Numbered from the stretch's first letter, positions 38,001-51,588 are shown. The stretch is DNA of 64,000 nucleotides from Lytechinus pictus (GCF_037042905.1 NC_087251.1:31312001-31376000); one strand, 5' to 3'. Notes: a model not told the origin generated them from the letters alone. Numbers and translations: made by a program.

Positions 38001-41000
38001 AATGTGTGTGTGTGGGAGGGGGCTGAAGCCCCCAATTAGCTTACCGGTTTCGCGGCCCATATATTTATGCTTGGATATTCAGGAAATATTCTCTGCTAGG
38101 GTGTTATATTAAATTTGTGCTGAAGTATTACCCGTGGCCGCAGTATGCAGCATAAGGGGGAGGGGCAGGGGACAGTTTCCCCCACCCAGAGAGTTTGAAA
38201 ATTACTTTTTTTACTGAAAATTTTCACCAAATCAACCAAAATTGTGCATAAAATTTCACTTTAGAAAATACAAAAGAGTCCCAATGACGACCTCTGTCAC
38301 TTCGCTCCTCGCCTTTTACTTTCTTCAACATTAGTGTTTTACACGTGTGCCCCCCGGAAAAAATGTATGTGTATATTACATCATCTCGCCCACTAACTAA
38401 CTCAATAGAGTTATAGGTGGAATGATAGGTATATATACTTATACTTTTTCAAAATATATTGTTCCTTCTTTCTTTCTTCCTTTCTCTCTTTCTTTCCCCA
38501 TTTTCCCAACAACTTTAAAAGTAAAAAAAAAAAAATGGTCGGTCCCACTTGCTCCCTGTGACACCACCTATTCGTTCAGTGGCACCTTTTAAAACGACTT
38601 CTGCTCGCCTTAATCTTAAGACCCTTTCCTATCCGAGATCATAATAGAATGGTGCCCCAATGTAAGGTCATTTTGGCGTCCCCATTTTGTGCCCCTTATT
38701 TTAAGACCAATCTTGCGCCAACTGATTTTCCGGTCAATTTAAGGTATATCCTTTCTAAGTTCAACATCAATTCGACGCCCCAAAATAATATCCATTACTA
38801 AGAATAATTTGACGCCCCTATTTAAATTCAAATTCTAATTTTATGGTGCCCCTAACGTTAAGTCACATTGGTCAATACCAAATCAAATCATATGGTCAAT
38901 TCGACGCGGCTCCTAGAATATTTGCCCCCTTTTCATCTCCATTCTCGTTTTCTCTCGACCTCCCTTGGCGCCCTCTTTTCTCTTACCTGAGAGGCCATGT
39001 GCCATGGCCAGGAACACCCCCCACGGATACGTGCATGGCTACTTTTTCAAAAAAAATCTAGCTGATAAGTTTTATTTTTCAGAAACAATTAGGCCTATGA
39101 TATACAACACGCAAAAATTAATGTCCAGCTTTCAACTCTGATTGGTTCACTGTACAGCGGAAGGAGGGGGGGGGGGGGGGGTCGTTTTGTCAAAACTTCT
39201 ATTCTCGTCGATGCAGAGACCCGGTTGACTATGGGCGTAGAATGTGTCATCAGTTGCCTTCTCAAAAATCTGACAAGCAAGCAGCGGGCTAAAAAGAAAT
39301 ACTAACAATAATAATAATAAAAAAAAAACATATGAAGGGGAGGCGAGCCAATCGTTTGTAACCCTGCATGGACTTTTGGCCTGGATATAAAAGCGAAAAA
39401 AATACAGTAACTGAGATATATACTTAGGCTGGCTCTATTTACCAAATACGGCAGGCTTGACTTTCAGGGGAGGATCCAGCTCCCGCCAGTAGGGGGGGGG
39501 GGGCCTGAAAAATTTTTCACCCATATTCTCCCCGATCGGCTGCTCAAATTTGATTTTTGTTTGTTTCTTTGAAGGGGTTGTCCCAGTGGCGTAATGAGCA
39601 AAAAATTTTGAGGGGGTTCGATACGGCGTATCGCATAAAATTAATAAGAACCTAAACAGGATGCCTATGTAACAAGATAAATACTGCGAGCGCGAAGCGC
39701 GAGCAGTAATTTTTAATATGGGTTCTGGCTTGATTGGAAAGGGGTCTGTTAAGGACGTTTTGCAGTTAGCCATTAAGACAATGCATATTTCAACTATTAA
39801 ATAATGCGAGCACGAAGCGCGACTTGAAATCTTTTTGACATTCCGACCTATAAAATTGACATTCTAAGCACTTTTGGTAACCATTAACGGTATAGGTATA
39901 AAACCAAACAATTGATGTGAGCGCGAAGCACGTGTGGAAAAATTGAGATTTCAGACCTAAAAGTGGGACACTCTATTCATGTTTTGTAAATCTTGAAGAA
40001 GGATGGGTAATTTGGTATCTTCTTATATTAATAATGCGAGCGCAAAGCGCGAGCAATTTTTTTTTGATATTCTGATCTGAAACTGGATAATTTTAGCACG
40101 TTTTGAATAAAGATCAAGCTACGTAACGCAATAAACATGTGTGCGCGTGTTTGAGAGTTAGATAGAATCTGGGCATTCTGAATACATTTCATTTTTTATC
40201 ATGAAAATCAATAATGCGAGCGCGAAGCGCGAGCGGAAAATACTTGATATACCGGAATGAAAAGGATGAATTTAAGCACTATCTAAAGCACTGTGTAGGG
40301 AACTTGTGAAGTAGATGTATATAGATATCACTTAATAAATGATGCGAGGGCGAAACGTGAGCTGATATTTTTGTTATCATTTTCAATTCAATTCTTTATT
40401 CCATTTCCATTAAAAACATAATACAAAGCACGGGCGGAAATCCCAGGGGGACGCGTCCCCCTACCATTTTGGAAAGGGGGGACATAATATTTAATGTCCC
40501 CCCTACTATTTGTGGTCTTTTATTATGGAAAAAAATATATAGTTAAAAATCGAAATTATACACATGTATCCTCGAATTTCGAAATATATATAAACAGATA
40601 GTTTTTGTTAAGAACTTGGATAGGAAAAGAAAAGGCATACCGGCCCGACTATTCTCGAACTCGCATCTAGCCCTATATGCCAGCCAAAGAGTGATGACAT
40701 TGATGACATCGATGGCCATTGTCAATTTCATAACTAATAAAAATGACGAAAAAAAATCGCCCCTGGAAACTTATAAGTAAATTTAGTGTATAGATGGTAG
40801 ACGAGAATGTTCCATACCCCGTAAAAACATACTTTTGTTAAACCAATTCATTTTCCCTTTATTCCAAATTTACTTAGAATATAAGAATATTTTCATTGTT
40901 CGCGTACTCAGTAAAAAGAATAGTTTTCATGAGTTATGATTTATCCTTCGCAGTTAATTTTAACTATGTTTAATCCCCAAAATTTGTTTTTAATTAACGA

Positions 41001-44000
41001 GACTTTTATATTCCATTTTTACCAAAAATCCCTGCCGTACGTGGGAGGGGTTATCATAGGTAGATCCATGGGGCGAAGCGGCGGCCCGCCCCCTTTTGGC
41101 GGCGCAAACTAGGAAGGTGAGGAGAAAAATAAGAAGAAAGATAGGACGAGGAAGAAAATTAAACGATGGAAGGGGATGGGGATAATTGGAAAAAAAGACA
41201 ACTTTCAGGTCATTGTATAAAAATAAAAAATTCGCTCGCGCTTTGCTTTAATACACAGCCATCTCTTTATTTCAAAACGTGCTTAAATTTTTTTCACTTT
41301 TTAGATCGAAATATATAAAATCAAATCATTTATTTAGGAAGATATCCATCGTTTTCATAATTTTGTAGGTTTAAATCTTTAAAAAGAATTAGCTCGCGCT
41401 TTGCGCTCGCATTGTTTATTGAGATAAACTGCTTGTTCTTTATTTCAAAAGTGCTTGAAAGATCTAGTTTTCAGATCAGAATATAAATAAAATTCATTTC
41501 GCGCTTCGCGCTCGCATCAGTAATAATATGGTTGAGTCAGATACTATCCTGTTTATTGCTATAATAAGGTGAAAAGAAGATGACTTTTTCGGTCGGAAAA
41601 TAACAAAAAAACAGGATACGCTTCGCGCTCACATCAATTAAAATTTAGTTAGATAGCTACCCTGTCCCTGATTTCAAAATATGCTACACTGTTAGAAATT
41701 GCCGTAATTTTACGGACAAAATTTAACAGAAATCGTCCGTAAACGATAAAATACGGAATAAAATTGTAAATTTACGGATTTCTACAGAAAATCCGTAAAA
41801 ATTACATAATAATCAGGTAAATGATCAAATTTACAGACGTTTTCTGTAATTGTACAGAAGATCATTATTGAAAGGAGACGTTTACGATACATCTTGTAAA
41901 TTTACTGTAAAGTAGATGTAAGTTTACGGATAAGATTTAACAGATTAATTTGTATTACGTGTAAAGTGCAATTTCTACGGAAAAATTTGTAAAATTTACT
42001 GAAAAATCAGGTTAATGATACATTTTCTGACGTTGTCCGTACCCTGATAGCAGAAACTGGTAAAAATGACGTCATAATTACGTCAGTTTAACGACGAGTG
42101 TCACGTCATTTTGACGTCGTAACATGACGTCTTATTGACGGGATCTTGCACCCGCGAATAACGTCATTATGACGTCGTATATTGACGTCATTATGACGTC
42201 TCCAAGATTGACTACGACGTCTTAATGACGTCTTTGCAACGTTTTTACAACGTTTTCCTGACCAGTATCAAGGGTCAGCTTGACGTCGTGTATTGACGTG
42301 ATTATGACGTCTTCGAGAGTCGACTACGACGTCGTAATGACGTCCGTGCAACCTATTCCTGACCGGTTTTAGACGTCATATTGATGTAATTATGACGTCT
42401 TTAAAAGTCAACTACGACGTCTTAATGACAACTTTGTAACCTATTCCTGACCAGTTTCAGACGTCATATTGCTGTAATTATGACGTCTTTATAAGTCAAC
42501 TACGACGTCTGAATGACGACTTTGAAACATATTGCTGACTAGTAATAGACGTCATATTGACGTCGCATATTGAAATGAATATGACGTCTTTTGGAGTCAA
42601 CTATGGTATTTTAACGTATTCTGACGTGATGACATAAACATTTAAATTAAATTCTACATGTAATGTACACACACCACTTCAAAGACCTTGTCATTGAGGA
42701 TTATCTATTGTTGGTGAATACTGAGGTGGTCTGACAATGTCCAGCATTCCCAGTAACAATATAATGATCCTCCATGCCAGGGCTTGCATAACTCGACTCA
42801 GTCTCAAGAACATGACCCCCCCCCCCCCCAGAAAAAGAATATATACAAAAATGGAAAACGAAATCAAATACAAGTACGCATTTCAATTAGGAAATCATGA
42901 CAAATATTCTATTAATAAATAAAAGTTGCATAACATGATATTACCAGCAAAAAAAAAAGAAAAGAAAAAGTTTAAAAACTCTAAATAGATTTTAAAAAAA
43001 ACACTTTTCTATGAAAATGCAGTATTAGGGTCAAAGGAATGAAATAATTACAATGTTTGTTATACCAATACATAGATACACATTAATACATAACAGAGGC
43101 ATTATGAATAATAATGATCTCGAAGAATATAGCTTTTTTGTTGAAATTGTAATTAAATCTACCTTCAACTTTAGAGAACTATGTAATGTAGGTAAAAATA
43201 TACTGTATGTAAAAAAAAAATACCATGATTTCAGGATTTATGGAAGCTTGCATTTGGGTGAAAGAATCATACATGTACATTAATTCTTATGAAAAGTTTG
43301 TGATTGTACATGTATTACATTATCACTTAGGGGTAAATGCAGCAAACAAATATTTCTTGAGAAAGTCTTTTAAATTAAGGTTAATTGTCAAAATATTGTA
43401 CATGATCTAGATCTGGTACATTAATGTAAACTTGTTTCTTTGTAAAATCATGAATTTTGAACTTAAAATCAATAATTCTGATGATCACTAACACAGAAAA
43501 ACATATGTGAGACAGGACAGTGTATTATAATTGATTTGAAAAATACCTGACATTTGATAGATTTACATGCTTATTTTGCTCATTTCTCAGCAATTACGCA
43601 TTTTCTCCTGAGCTATTTGGCACGTATCTGTTACATACAAACACTTTGCTAGTAATTTTATTTGATTATGTTCGAACTCATTTGAAGATTGTTACTACAA
43701 CTGGTAATTTATCTTTAAAGGGGTACTTGTATATGATTCGGGCTCAACAATTATATCTATGATAAATAAAGTAATTTTTACCATGCAAAATAGTGAAAAT
43801 TTTATCAAAATCAGATAAAAAATAATTACAAAAATATTGGTCATTAACACATGCAAGTAGATAAGTTTATGATATCATGCCCACATTTTTATTGTTCTGT
43901 TACCAGATGAAATAATATTTCATGTGTGTAATAAGTATGTCTTCCAATCCCATGTAGCAAAAAAACCTTCCAGCAATAATCAATACAGGTAAGTCACATC

Positions 44001-44339
44001 AATGCAGTTTACAATCCAATTTAAATACACAATTTCATATATACAAAATAATACGTTTGGGATACATGTACGTGTACGTCTGTATGACATCATCAGCCTG
44101 CTACTTGCACATGCTTAGAGGTCTTTCACCAAAATAATGCAGAGCTTAGAATGCCATACATTACTTTATTACCCCTTGTCCTATTTTGATGAATTTTTCA
44201 GTTTTTGTTAAAAAGTAATCAAAGGCCATATCCATGGTTACCCTTATGCTTGACCTCAATGCCTGTTCTCTTTTACACAACACATTATTTGTGAGATACA
44301 AAGCACTTTCAGATGCCATCCTAGTCAGCACATGAGATT

Positions 44340-44900
44340 AAAAAAAATTAAATTACCAGGCAGTGACAGTGTTGTTCCAAGTCCAGAGCAAAGATGATCA
44401 GGAATGTGGTAGGTCTTCTCAAAGTATATTGATCCAAGGTTGTTGAAAATTGGAGGAGAGGGTGGAGCTAATTCCATGGCCTTGGAGCAGTAGTGGAGAA
44501 AGTTGCATCACCAGTAGCTAATTTGTAGGTGCATCGTAGACTAAGGATCACAAAAATAAAAAGGCAAGTGCGCCTAGAATGAAAATGACGCACAAGGCAT
44601 TCCTTTTAATACATGTAATCTGGACCCCTGTCATTGACTTTGAAAATCAGTAGACGGACACTGATGTTTATGTATATCCTTTCCTTGACTTGCAGCCAGC
44701 GAAGTGGGCGTATGGCAAATGGCACAATAGATGCAGCATTCTGTACTATCTGCAGTCGGTCCAGATCACCCTAATTCAAGCACGAAGAGCTACAATAGTC
44801 AAGTTTAGATTGCGCTAAACCACGGACTGCTGTGCGGCAAGTAGGGGTATACAAGGCACTTCCCATTGGCCTTTATTCTTCCAATCTGTTCGATGTTATA
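44340..44900 (-). mobile_element. Highly decayed L2-like LINE 3' fragment
   Basis: Broken frames give SKLDYCSS, RLQIVQNAA, LRWLQVKERI and GDATFSTTAPR.WN. Confidence 0.65.
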
Positions 44901-45384
44901 CTGGTAGGGAGCAGGTTCCAATAGCGCTATAAAAGGTGTTACGAAACCAGATGACTGGGTACACTTACAGCATCTGCAAAAAAAAAAAACAGAAGAGAAA
45001 CATAAAAACCTTTCCTACAATAACTACTTAATATTCATTAGAAACTAAATAGTTTCAATATCAATTTGCAAACTTTTTAAAAAATGATTCCAAAACAATG
45101 TGGGGTGCGTTACATATTTTATACAGTACTTCAAATATTAACATGTAAAGTCAAGTTGGGGGAGGGGGGGGGGCTTGATGCCCTCAAGATCTACACCTCC
45201 AAACCATCTCTGTAAAGGGAAGGAAATTTTAGAGTAAATTTGTTTGAAAAAAAAAATTTTAATTCATGCTTTTTTATTTGTTTTAAATGGTTATGGGATA
45301 ATTCCATCAGTTTGAATAAGAAATTACAAGTTGCCAATTTCACATAACCAAGATCAATTCTGATGTAATCATAAATGCACATGT

Positions 45385-46093
45385 TAAAAGACTCGGGGGG
45401 CTGATTCAGCCCCCCCCCCTCAACATATTTCGCGATAAATCCGCCGCTCAAATTTTTTTGACCGTGTCGCTTGCTGACTTTTTACTTTCAACTCTCGTGC
45501 AACTTTTGAGACCAAAATTGTGACCCCCGGGTACGTGTTTCCGAAATTACGCAACATTTTGTAAGTGCATGCAGACCCAAAATTATTGAAAAACGTGAAT
45601 TTGTGTACAAATTCAATGCAAATAGTGTTTTTAGCCAAAATTCATAAATGTATCATTATTTTTCCTTTCACTGCTTAAAAGTTAAAATCAATTAATTTTA
45701 TCTTGTTTATGGTAAAAATAAAGTCCCCGACAATTTCCATTGAAAAAACACTAAAAAACAAAAAGTCGTAAAACAAAGAATAGAATACATAAGAAAATAA
45801 ATGTTTTTTTGAAATTTTTGAAAAATAAAAATTGATCAGATGCCTTTCTAGAGTATGTGAAACAAAAATTAGCATTTTAGGGGTATTATTTTATTAATTA
45901 GAGCCAACTTAATGAGCAGTGAGATTTTTCGCAGAATTTGATATTATAGTTTTGTAGATAATGAATGCCATGGGTAACGAGCATGCCAATTTTCGTCGCG
46001 ATCGCCAGCCAAAATCATAAGGGGGGGGGGGCTGAATCAGCCCCCCCCCCAGTCTTCTTAGGTGTCGAAATAGCCCAGTCCATTTAGGGTTAA
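45385..46093. mobile_element. MITE with TTAA flanks and G/C-tract subterminal palindromes
   Basis: GGGGGGCTGA(T/A)TCAGCCCCCC at both ends, right end AGGG-TTAA. The left end appears truncated. Confidence 0.55.
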
Positions 46094-46429
46094 GAATTTT
46101 TTATATTTAGAATACAAAGGCTTACAAATCGGAAAAATTAAATGTTTGCCCAAAAATTATTGAGGGAAAAGTGGATTTTCTAGGGAAATCCATCTTTGTG
46201 TACAAAGTTCTACAGTCAACAGAGACTTGTCTAGGCTCCATGAATGAAAATACAATGTAAAAATGATAAAATAGCATCACAGAGTCCTCTTAGTACAGTT
46301 AGGACCATTGACAGATATAAGGTGCCCCAAGATTGCGCACATCCGAATCTGTGCGATTCTGATAATAGAAGATGCGCAACGACTCAAAACAAAAAATAAA
46401 CTTTACACCTGAAATAGCCTACTGTACTG

Positions 46430-46612
46430 ACTTACCTACTGCCTGATGCCGCTTGGCACGTAGGGCAACAACGAAGGACCTCCACTCCTGGCGGCCGGCG
46501 GTTCTGGGCCTTCTGGAAACTCCCCCGGGCTAGGTCATATTCACTGACTTCATCTCCTCCTCAAGTGTGATGCCAGGACAGGGAGTTTTGGTTCTCCCTC
46601 TCTTTCCCCTGA
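46430..46612 (-). mobile_element. RTE-like LINE 3' end fragment
   Basis: Reads ...EEEMKSVNMT...RQEWRSFVVALRAKRHQ followed by a GTAAGT-type tail, typical of RTE-like C-termini. Confidence 0.65.
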
Positions 46613-47198
46613 AATGTCATAAACAGATCTATTCATCAAAAATCTGACTCAAAATGGTGGGAAAATAATGAATTTAGGGCATTGCCAAGAGTTCCATATG
46701 CACCCCCACTGATATTGAAAATAAAAACACGAAGAAGGATCAGAATAATATATATCGAGCCCATCAGCCCAATATAGAACATATATGATGGGGAAGTGGA
46801 AATACATACTAAAATATGGCTTTATTCCGTCAAATTTTGAGCATGTATAGAGTGTGTGTAATTGTCCATAGACTAAGACATCGGTTTATTTAGTCAGTAA
46901 AGGGTCTGAGTCAAGTCTAGTTGAACTATCGGCTATCTCGCTAGCATAGCAGACTGCAGTTGACTACAGATAAAACGAGGTGAGTTCAAGTTCCAACTAA
47001 GGAAGGTGCCAACATAACGATAACGGTACAAAAAAAAAATTATTGAAAAATCTGAACGAAACGGAATTAATTCTCAACAATCTTTTCATTCTTTTGTTAT
47101 TTTTGGTCATGTTGGTGGGGGGGGGGGGAGGGGTGCATTGGATATGGAACTCTTTCCAGGGCATTTCATGTGACGGCCTCAAAATGCAGCCTCGGTGC

Positions 47199-47308
47199 TA
47201 CCTCGAGCTAAGTTCGTGCAGGCTCCACTCCACTTCACTACCGCTACGAGTGTAGTGTAGCAGCAGTAGTGAAGTGGAGTGGAGCCTGCACGATCTTCGC
47301 TCGAGGTA
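47199..47308. mobile_element. 110-bp MITE with 9-bp duplication (Mutator-like)
   Basis: About 48-bp TIR TACCTCGAGC..AGTTCGTGCAGGCTCCACTCCACTTCACTAC. CCTCGGTGC on both flanks. Confidence 0.9.
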
Positions 47309-50123
47309 CCTCGGTGCTTGCTTTCTTATCAAAATCTTCACACCGTGTGTAACAGGCCTGTGCAAAGTGAATGAGTGCGCAGACATCACACATCGGGCAC
47401 TGCCGCTGCCACTACCACTAATCATTTTGTTCAATCTGAAAATGACCATGACTGGCCAAGTTTTTTTCCAAGAAAATCAATTATTTCTCTCATTTTTTAA
47501 TGAGACTTTTTGCATACTTACTCATAAGAATACAAGGAACATCATCAATTGAAAGATTTTGTAAAATAAAAGGAAATTCACGTTAATTCTGAACTCAAAT
47601 CGTTAGATGTGCAGACTTGGGGTTGGCGATCACCAGCCGGCCGCCAGTGCAGTGGTCCACAGCAGCGAGCGGGCGCTCGGGCCGGGGCGAGCCGGCGGTA
47701 CCAGGATGGGATTGCCAGCGTCATGTCATTTTCAGTGACGAAGCTAGCTGCAAGCCGCGGCATTTCACAAAATACGAAAATAAAATAATAGAAAATGGTT
47801 ATCTAACTTACTGTTTAGCCTACTGCAAATGTCTTCGAAGTCGTTGTCCATATCTGACCCGTATTCTTTAAAAGAATTATTAACGGCCTTCTTCGTCGCA
47901 CTTCTCGATCGAGCTCAATAAACTGCAACTCCAACAACGCAACGGAATTCTTTTCAAATGTTGGCGGTAAGTGCGCATGCACAAGCCTGTCGCCGCGCCG
48001 CCCCCCCCCCTCGGCGAATTTTTATAGGGGTTGAGCTGAGGGGGGTCTAACACCGCGAGTAAGAAAAAAGTTTTTAAAATAGATATACAAACTTCTTTGG
48101 CATAAGAAGCTTCTTCTTCTTCTTCTTGTTTGGTTATGGTTGGCAACCAGTCAAAATGATATTTTTGCCACTGCTTTTGTAGCTTTTTTTTTAAGATTAT
48201 ATAATTTCCTATTTTTTTTGCATGTACTATTTTACTTTTTTTTCTTCTTCTTTTTCCTTTTTTAAAGAGAAAACATGCAGCCTCGCTAATAACATGGCAA
48301 GGTTGAAAAAATAGCAAAATAAAATTGTAAATTTCTTGTTGATTGGCAAATAATTGATGTCATAATCACGTCGTAATTTGGTCAAATGAAAACGCAAATT
48401 TCCTCGTCGTTGATTGGTAAATAAATGATGTCATAATCACGTCCTAATGTGGTCATATAAAAATGCAAATTTACTTGTCGTAGATTGGTCAGTAAATGAC
48501 GTCACAATCACGTCATAATCTGGTCATACAAAAATGCAAAATAAAGTTGTCGTTCAAAGTCGTCAAAATGACGTCGTAACGACGTTGTCCAAATATACTA
48601 TGACGAGATTTACTAGTTTCTGACCAGAAAATGACGTCATCACGACCGTGTCTGCTATCAGGGTAATTGTAGTGAAGATCATTCTTGAAAGGAGACGTTT
48701 AGTGGTTTACGGTACAAATCTTTGTAAATTTACTAGAAAGTAGCTGTAAGTTTACGGACAAGATTGAACAGATTAATTTGTAATACGTGTAAAGTGCAAT
48801 TTCTACGGAAAATTTGTAAAAATTACATAAAAATCAGGTAAATGATCAATTTTACAAACGTTTTGATCCGTATAATTGTACAGAAGATCATTATTGAAAG
48901 GAGACGTTTACAGTACATCTTGTAAATTTACTGTAAAGTAGATGTAAGTTTACGGACAACGTCAGAAAATTTATCATTAACCTGATTTTTCTGTAAATTT
49001 TACAAATTTCCGTAGAAATTCCACTTTACACATATTACAAATAAATCTGTTTATCTTATCCGTAAACTTGAAAGGAGATATTTAGTGGTTTACTGTACAA
49101 ATCTTTGTAAATTTACTAGAAAGTAGCTGTAAATTTACGGTCAAGATTTAACAGATAAAGTGCAATTTCTACGGAAACTTTGTAGAATTTACAGAAAAAT
49201 CAGGTTAATGATAAATTTACTGACGTTGTCCGTAATTGTAGTGAAGATCATTATTGAAAGGAGACGTTTACGATACATCTTGTAAATTTACTGTAAAGTA
49301 GATGTAAGTTTATGGACAAGATTTAACAGATTAATTTGTAATATGTGTAAAGTGCAATTTCTTCGGAAAATTTGTAAAATTTACAGAAAAATCAGGTTAT
49401 ATATGGTAAATTTACTGACGTAAGGAGACGTTTACGATACATCTTTGTAAATTTACTGTAAAGTAGATGTAAGTTTACACGATTTAACAGATTAATTCGT
49501 AATATGTGCAAAGTGCAATTTCTACGGAAACTTTGTAAAATTTACAGAAAAATCAAGTTAATGATAAGTTTTCTTTTTCGAGCATGCGCACTTGAGAAGT
49601 TTGTGAAAAGCCCGCGAAGCAAAGAGAATTTTCCTTGATGTCTTGGATGTGTCAAGTGATCTTCTTGATCAGAAATTCGTAAGTATTTTGCTTTGAATTC
49701 GTAAAAGAAATTTCTGCTATGCTTCTCTGGAATATATTGATACGTTTTATGCAGTTATATGAAATTAATAGTGTTGGTTTTCATGATTACGAACAAGGTT
49801 TTGGCATTGACAAGTCCAGACGATGCAATGTATCGTCGCGTACGCGCTGCTACAGTCCCATTGGTGCATTTGAGTGTTGGATATTTTGACACTGTGGTTG
49901 AACGAATTGAATCGAAGGTGCGAAGCCGTGGGCCAAGCTTGTTTTATGAGCTTCACAAGGATATTTATATTTTGATGCCATTTATATATTCATTTGTATC
50001 TTCATTTGTAAATGTCAAGATGAAAATATAAACCTCAAAATATTAAATTTGTGCAATTAAACTTATTTAAAGGGGTGGATTAGGCCTAGATTAGATCTAA
50101 ATCAAATCAATGTCAATGTCAAT

Positions 50124-51035
50124 GGGTGATTTCAAGTACGGTGTTGAAATCTGGTGTTGGTGTTGTGACAACACCGTACTTGAAATCAGGCTGGTGTTGG
50201 GATTGACCTCGGAAAATATGACGTATTTCCGGCAGTTCGTGTTGAATGTCGTCTGCTGAACCCAGCACTGCGGCTGGTGTTGACGATCTACATGTACGTG
50301 CAATTTCCCCATTCACCAACACCAACCCCCAAGGATTGGGAAAATCATGGTTTCAAGTTCGGTGTTGGTGTTGGCAATCTCAAGCTCGTGAACAGGCGGC
50401 AAACACGATGAAACATCCCCGTAAAATTAGCTTTTACAGTTAAGATGAGCTAGTACTAGTACTAGTAGTAGAACAAATCATTTGAGCTGTAGGGGCCTAT
50501 ATATTTTGATAAAGAATAATGTTCACTCTTTCGAATTCTTGAATTAATTAAAACATTGGTAGGATGGGGGGTTGGGTGTCCGGACACGTAACAGAAATGA
50601 AGCCTTGTTTTTATCTCAGGAATAAACCAAAAATATAGGTTGAATAGTTTTTTTTCACCATCAATATTTGTTCTTTATAATATTTTCTTATATTCTGTGC
50701 TAAAAAGAATTAAAGACATTGCTTGTAAACTTTTCAAAATTGAGAGTAAAAGTCATGTGTCCGGACACCCAACCCGTCCGGACACACAACCACTGGGTAT
50801 ACATGTATTCTGTACGATGAGAATTTAATGCATTTCTTTCCGATTTCATTTTCGTCGTCGAGACTTCTCGCGTGAAGTTGAGATGATTTAGCAGCGCAGC
50901 GCAGAGGCGTGACGTCATGTGCTATCGATAACGCAATTGGTATCATTCCTCTGAACCCAGTCCCAGCTCGGTGTTGGAGCTCGGTTCAGCGGCCTTTTTA
51001 CGCTCTCAACACCAACACCGAACTTGAAATCACCC
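50124..51035. mobile_element. 912-bp non-autonomous element with GGG termini and 3-bp AAT duplication (PIF/Harbinger-related)
   Basis: TIR GGGTGATTTCAAGT.CGGTGTTG, AAT at 50121-50123 and 51036-51038, internal GGTGTTG repeats. Confidence 0.8.
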
Positions 51036-51065
51036 AATGTCAACTACAGTTAGTTAGATCTAGTA

Positions 51066-51588
51066 TACCTCGAGCGAAGTTCGTGCAGGCTCCACTCCAC
51101 TTCACTACCGCTACACTACACTCCACCTACCCAAACTTCGGGACGGTGATCTCGATCGGATATTCCGAGTGACAAAGGTGGGGTGGCCGATGGAAATGTT
51201 ATTTATTGTAAAAATCATAACAAAAAATATAAAGAGAAAGAAAAATGGCTTAATTTCTTACTCTTCACCCGTATTTCACTCCGTGTCCATCCTCTGGTTA
51301 TCCTCTAAATTGTTGATTTTGAGCCAGTATCTATTTCCTCACACGTCACTATTCATGGCCGATTTAAAAACATCGCATGCGATCGGTCGCAGGTCAAACA
51401 GCATAAATATTTATATTATTATTGGATGGTTCAGAAAATACCAAAAATATTCTACGAGTATGGGAAAATGTTTTTTTTCCTCATTTTATTTTTTTCTATA
51501 TTTTTTACAATAAATAACATTTCCATCCCACCTTTGTCACTAGCGGTAGTGAAGTGGAGTGGATCCTGCACGAACTTCGCTCGAGGTA
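51066..51588. mobile_element. 523-bp MITE with 9-bp duplication, same family as 47199
   Basis: Same TIR, GATCTAGTA on both flanks, a second internal inverted repeat at 51169-51540. Confidence 0.9.

Larger units (their letters stand above)
42042..48663 (-). mobile_element. 6.6-kb nested non-autonomous DNA transposon with CCC termini and TA duplication
   Basis: Perfect 13-bp TIR CCCTGATAGCAGA. The empty site GACGTTGTCCGTAATTGTAGTGAAG is seen intact in a sister repeat at about 49222, which fixes the duplication as TA. GACGTC-rich arrays lie at both ends. Confidence 0.9.

Noticed and set aside
49759..50031. ORFs as the Myb/SANT partner of the transposase
   Set aside because: No Trp-spaced trihelix pattern is recognisable on either strand. 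The region looks like first-intron sequence.
50562..50790. Inverted repeat GGGTTGGGTGTCCGGACAC as a separate MITE
   Set aside because: The inverted repeat is real, but I could not define termini or a target duplication, so it is not called.
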